Shown here: piece by piece, positions 38,924 through 42,618 of the stretch
How the letters are laid out: each line of letters starts with the position of its first letter
How positions within the stretch are numbered: position 1 is the stretch's first letter
Source: an uncultured Methylophilus sp.
GTDB taxonomy: Bacteria > Pseudomonadota > Gammaproteobacteria > Burkholderiales > Methylophilaceae
Reading direction: 5' to 3'
Assembly: GCA_936943315.1 (NCBI GenBank)
Contig: CAKZJM010000228.1
Coordinates: 1-42,618, forward strand
Length of the DNA: 42,618 nucleotides
Position numbers and translations under genes: made by a program
The notes under the pieces: model-generated
Databases searched by the model: none
What the model was told of the DNA's origin: nothing
The model's input: the letters and a program-made list of their open reading frames with translations, nothing else

Positions 38924-41557
38924 TCAGTCCGCCACAGGCGGCACATAGGCAAGCAAAAAGGCGGTGGCATCTTCACTGCTCATGGGCTTGCTTAACAGGT
39001 AACCTTGCATTTCGTCGCAGCCTTGCGCTTGCAAAAACGCTTTTTGTTCAGCCGTTTCTACGCCTTCGGCAATGGTTTTCAGCCCCAGGCTGCGCGCCAG
39101 TTGAATGATGGCGATAACAATGGCTTTGTCTTCATCGTCTGTGCTGATATCACGCACAAAGGTCTGGTCGACCTTGAGCTTGTACACTTTGAATTTTTTC
39201 AGGTAGCTCAATGAGGAGTAGCCGGTACCAAAATCATCAATGGAGAGGCGCACGCCCAGGCCATGCAGGGCATCCATCATGGCGACAGCCCCCTCTGGAT
39301 TTTCCAGCGCCACACCTTCGGTCAACTCCAGCTCCAGGCATTCGGGTGAGACCTGGTAACGCTCTAGCGTAGATTTCACCAGCGCAGGCAGTTTGGGATC
39401 ACGAAACTGGATACTGGACAGGTTAACGGAGACGGCAATGCCGTGAATACCCGCCAGACGCCAGGCATGCACTTGCTGCGCAGCCTGCTCCAGCACCCAG
39501 CTACCTATTGAAATAATCAGCCCGCTAGACTCTGCCAACGGGATAAATTCCGCAGGCGAGATAAACCCCAGCTGCGGGTGCTTCCAGCGCAGCAAGGCTT
39601 CTACGCCTAACAAACGTCCGGTATCCAAGGCCACCTGCGGCTGGTAATAGACGGCCAACTGCCCCAGCGCGACAGCGTGGCGCAAGGCATTAACCAGTTG
39701 CAGGTTACGCGCCGTTTGTACTTGCATGTGATTACTAAAAAAGCGGTAACTGTTACGGCTTTCTTTCTTGGTGCGATACATGGCCACATCGGCATTGCGC
39801 TGCAAGCTTTCCATGTCGAGGCCATCATCCGGATAAATGGCTACCCCAATGGAAGCGGTAATGGTCAGCTCATACTGGTCGATGACAAAAGGCTGTTCGA
39901 CCGCTTTCAATAAACGCTCCACCACCTCTTTGGCAATCACGTGGTCAGCTTCGGCCAGCAAGAAGACGAATTCATCCCCACCCAGACGGCAAACGGTATC
40001 TTGCGGCCTCACCAGGGTCTCAAATCGCTTGGTCAGGGCGATCAGCAAGTTATCGCCATAGCGGTGCCCCAGGCTGTCATTTACATCCTTGAAGTGGTCC
40101 AGATCAAGAAACATTAGTGCAAATTGGCCATCCTGGTCCCACGCTTTTTCAATTTCCACAATCACGCGTTCGTTGAGCAAATTGCGGTTTGGCAAGCCGG
40201 TGAGTGCGTCATAATTGGCCAAGACGCGAATGCGTTCTTCGGCCTCTTTGCGTTTGGTGATATCGCGGATAAATGCGCTGAAGTAGTGCTCCTGCTCACG
40301 GTCGATTTCAACAATGGTCAGCTCGACGGGGAACTCACTGCCATCCCGGCGTAAGGCCGTGATCTCAATCAGCTTGCCCAGCAGGCGGGTTTGGCCGGTT
40401 TGTTGCAGGCGTCGCATGCCCTGACGATGCGCCTCACGGTGCTCCGGTGGCACAATCACATCTTCCAGCAGGCGGCCAATGACTTCGTTGCGTGTGTAGC
40501 CAAAAATATGGGTTGCCGCGCGGTTCCACTCGACGATCTTTCCCTCCATATCAATATTCACAATCGCATCCAGGGCATTTTCAAGCACCAGCCGCGCGCG
40601 TTGCTCACTGTCCCGCAAATGAGTCTGGATCAGGCTACGTTGCGCCTGTACTTCAAAACGGTCCAGGGCAAAATCAATATTAGCCACCATGCCTTGTAGC
40701 AAGCGCTGAATGTCCGGGTCAAACGCACGGTCACTTTCTGCATAGAGTGACAAGCACCCCGTGACTTGGCCTTCTACATGCAGCGGTAAGAAAGCCGCCG
40801 ATTTCCAGTCGAATTCAAGGGCCTTGTCATGCCAGGGCGCACTGATGGGATTGGTTTGGAAGTCGTGCACCCAATACGGGTGATCTGACATCATGCTCAA
40901 GCCACAAGGGCCGTTGCCGCTAGGCTCAGCCGGGTCAGCTGAAATCACCACCTGCGCCAGGTAATCAACCCCTGAGCCAAACGCACTCACAATATGAATG
41001 CGTTTGTTGTCTGCGCCCAGCTCGCCGATCCAGGCCATATTGGCATGGCCCAGGTTCACGATAATGCGGCAGATTTGCTCAAACAGGCTGTATTTGTCCT
41101 GGCTTTGCACAATCGCCTGGTTGCACTGGCTCAAGGCCAGGTAAAGCTGGTTTAATTGCTGATGATGCTGCTTGACGGTAATACTCTGCATCCCAAGCTG
41201 ACTGGCTTGTGAACGCAATTGCTGCCAGCCTGCCTGCACACTTTCTTCCTGGTCTGGCGAAAACTGCACGGGCGTATATACGTCGCTGGAATAAGTACTC
41301 TGCAATACCCGATTCACCGTTTGCAGGTCTTCGGCTTGCGTGGTTACAGAAATTGCCTGGGAACACCAGGCCAGCCATGTGGCCAGACCCCACATGCCAA
41401 TACCAGCAGCCAGCAGGACAATGATCAGGGAATGTGAAAATGGTAATAGATCAGAGGTCAGCAGACCCAGGCAAATCAACAACGCAAAAAGGCCCATCAG
41501 CCACAAACGCCTGATAAGCCTGACCTGCCTTGCAGATGTGTGTTGTTGTGCAGACAT
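38924..41557 (-). CDS. 2TM-GAF-PAS-GGDEF-EAL c-di-GMP enzyme
   Basis: Two TM helices; GAF (MAWIG...SAAFLPL); PAS; YDALTGLPNR, RPQD I-site, GGDEF, VEALLRW, DDFGTGYSS. Confidence 0.93.
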   Translation of the reverse strand: MSAQQHTSARQVRLIRRLWLMGLFALLICLGLLTSDLLPFSHSLIIVLLAAGIGMWGLATWLAWCSQAISVTTQAEDLQTVNRVLQSTYSSDVYTPVQFSPDQEESVQAGWQQLRSQASQLGMQSITVKQHHQQLNQLYLALSQCNQAIVQSQDKYSLFEQICRIIVNLGHANMAWIGELGADNKRIHIVSAFGSGVDYLAQVVISADPAEPSGNGPCGLSMMSDHPYWVHDFQTNPISAPWHDKALEFDWKSAAFLPLHVEGQVTGCLSLYAESDRAFDPDIQRLLQGMVANIDFALDRFEVQAQRSLIQTHLRDSEQRARLVLENALDAIVNIDMEGKIVEWNRAATHIFGYTRNEVIGRLLEDVIVPPEHREAHRQGMRRLQQTGQTRLLGKLIEITALRRDGSEFPVELTIVEIDREQEHYFSAFIRDITKRKEAEERIRVLANYDALTGLPNRNLLNERVIVEIEKAWDQDGQFALMFLDLDHFKDVNDSLGHRYGDNLLIALTKRFETLVRPQDTVCRLGGDEFVFLLAEADHVIAKEVVERLLKAVEQPFVIDQYELTITASIGVAIYPDDGLDMESLQRNADVAMYRTKKESRNSYRFFSNHMQVQTARNLQLVNALRHAVALGQLAVYYQPQVALDTGRLLGVEALLRWKHPQLGFISPAEFIPLAESSGLIISIGSWVLEQAAQQVHAWRLAGIHGIAVSVNLSSIQFRDPKLPALVKSTLERYQVSPECLELELTEGVALENPEGAVAMMDALHGLGVRLSIDDFGTGYSSLSYLKKFKVYKLKVDQTFVRDISTDDEDKAIVIAIIQLARSLGLKTIAEGVETAEQKAFLQAQGCDEMQGYLLSKPMSSEDATAFLLAYVPPVAD

Positions 41558-41820
41558 GGATGTTTAGCTTAAGCCCCCGTCCACTACTGTAAGGGATGTG
41601 ATTAAAATCAAATCCTAAAATACGCATGCGAATGCCCGGTAATTGGCTCATTCAGCAGGGCGCTAACGCCAGAGTGAGACTGATCGCCCGCGATCAAAGC
41701 GCCAGGCATTGCCTGTCATGTGCCTGGCCAAATCATCACGGCACGCCTGAGGATGACTTCACCGTGGCAATCACACCTCAACGGCGTGCCCCTAAAACTC
41801 TCGGCCCTGAAGTTGCGTCA

Positions 41821-42618
41821 CTAGTGGGCCCAGGCCATTTGCCCGCAGCCGAGCAACTTGGCCTGGTACATGGCCTTGTCGGCCGCAGACAACACCTGCT
41901 CTATGGCATCGCCCTCCCGGCACAACGTGAGACCAATGGAAGTACCCAGACGGCATACGTTATCCTGGATAAGAAACTCAGGCTCGAATACCATCAGGCA
42001 CTTCTGCGCCACCATTTCTACTGGCGCCTTGCCCTCTGTTGGCAAGTCAGACAACACCACCACAAATTCGTCACCGCCTACCCTGGCCAGGGTATCACTA
42101 CCGCGTATCACCTTGCTCAAGCGTTGCGCCACTTCAATCAATGCCAGATCGCCTGCTTCATGGCCAAGCTGGTCATTCACGGCTTTAAAGCCATCCAAGT
42201 CCAGATAAAGAATGGCGGTGCGGTTGTTTTTCAGTTTGGCCAGCGCGATCGCCTGTTGCAACCGGATGGAAAGCAATTTTCGGTTCGGCAAGCCAGTCAG
42301 TGCATCGTGGTGGGCGACGTGGTTCAACTCCTCATTCTGCGCCGAAATCTTGTGGTAGGCGTCCTTGAGTGAACCAATCAAATCTTCATTCTCAAAACTG
42401 ATGCGCGCCGCTTGCCGCAACGAATGATTAAAGCGGTAAGTCACGCCTATCATCAACAAATAAAAAATGACACTGAACACCACCATGACCACATTTGACA
42501 CGCCATCCCCGAAGGAAAACATCAGCATGGTCGGCAGCATGGCTGGCAAGCTAAACGCAAAAAAAGCCGGAATACACGACGCCATGGTGACCACCCCGCC
42601 CATCACCATCGCCTGGAT
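41821..42618 (-). CDS. Membrane-bound diguanylate cyclase (5' end beyond window)
   Basis: TM helices then HDALTGLPNR, DLDGFK.VND..GH, RGSD I-site, GGDEF, ADKAMY; frame stays open to the window edge. Confidence 0.92.
   Translation of the reverse strand: MQAMVMGGVVTMASCIPAFFAFSLPAMLPTMLMFSFGDGVSNVVMVVFSVIFYLLMIGVTYRFNHSLRQAARISFENEDLIGSLKDAYHKISAQNEELNHVAHHDALTGLPNRKLLSIRLQQAIALAKLKNNRTAILYLDLDGFKAVNDQLGHEAGDLALIEVAQRLSKVIRGSDTLARVGGDEFVVVLSDLPTEGKAPVEMVAQKCLMVFEPEFLIQDNVCRLGTSIGLTLCREGDAIEQVLSAADKAMYQAKLLGCGQMAWAH

Noticed and set aside
38791-38976. 61-aa minus-strand ORF over the repeat region
   Set aside because: Overlaps the EAL gene end, has no SD, and its hydrophobic look follows from the pyrimidine-rich repeat.
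41800-41845. Minus-strand GGCAAA...GACGCAA...CAGGGCC resembling a c-di-GMP-I riboswitch upstream of a GGDEF-EAL gene
   Set aside because: No GNRA-capped P2 stem or tetraloop receptor, and half lies in the last codons of the upstream cyclase; likely coincidence. An Rfam scan would settle it.
41626-42372. 248-aa plus-strand ORF
   Set aside because: Mostly antisense shadow of the GGDEF gene; no recognisable motifs.

Overview
Bacterial chromosomal window, most likely a betaproteobacterium. Methylophilaceae is my impression from the proteins and gene order; it is not verified. Housekeeping genes are the gpmI 3' end, envC, clpB, murJ-ribF-ileS-lspA, rpsT, rplU-rpmA-obgE-proB-purE-purK. They are interleaved with five c-di-GMP enzymes and three regulatory modules that are the most interesting content. 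(1) A minus-strand operon (11298-16164) led by a DUF2946 CruR/CutF-like leader with CxxC and a RAPP arrest motif. The codons right after RAPP are an exact 8-nt anti-SD for the next gene, which is an XRE-type HTH regulator. It is followed by a TonB receptor, a copper-uptake-associated protein and a PepSY-TM protein, with a Cys/His-rich BNR protein nearby. (2) An MpaR-like MocR regulator and an orphan ccoG. One bipartite operator occurs twice, apparently putting an unknown divergent gene in the same regulon. (3) Three small unknown ORFs, two of them apparently paralogous, behind a perfect 25-bp Fur-type palindrome overlapping a sigma70 promoter. Also seen: an unannotated ppk2 pseudogene remnant, a 10-bp-period inverted-repeat element supplying the ribF stop codon, an S20 with an Ala/Lys/Pro tail, and several structured intergenic elements. 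I recognised no tRNA, rRNA, CRISPR array or transposase. All family assignments come from motif recognition by eye, not database searches.
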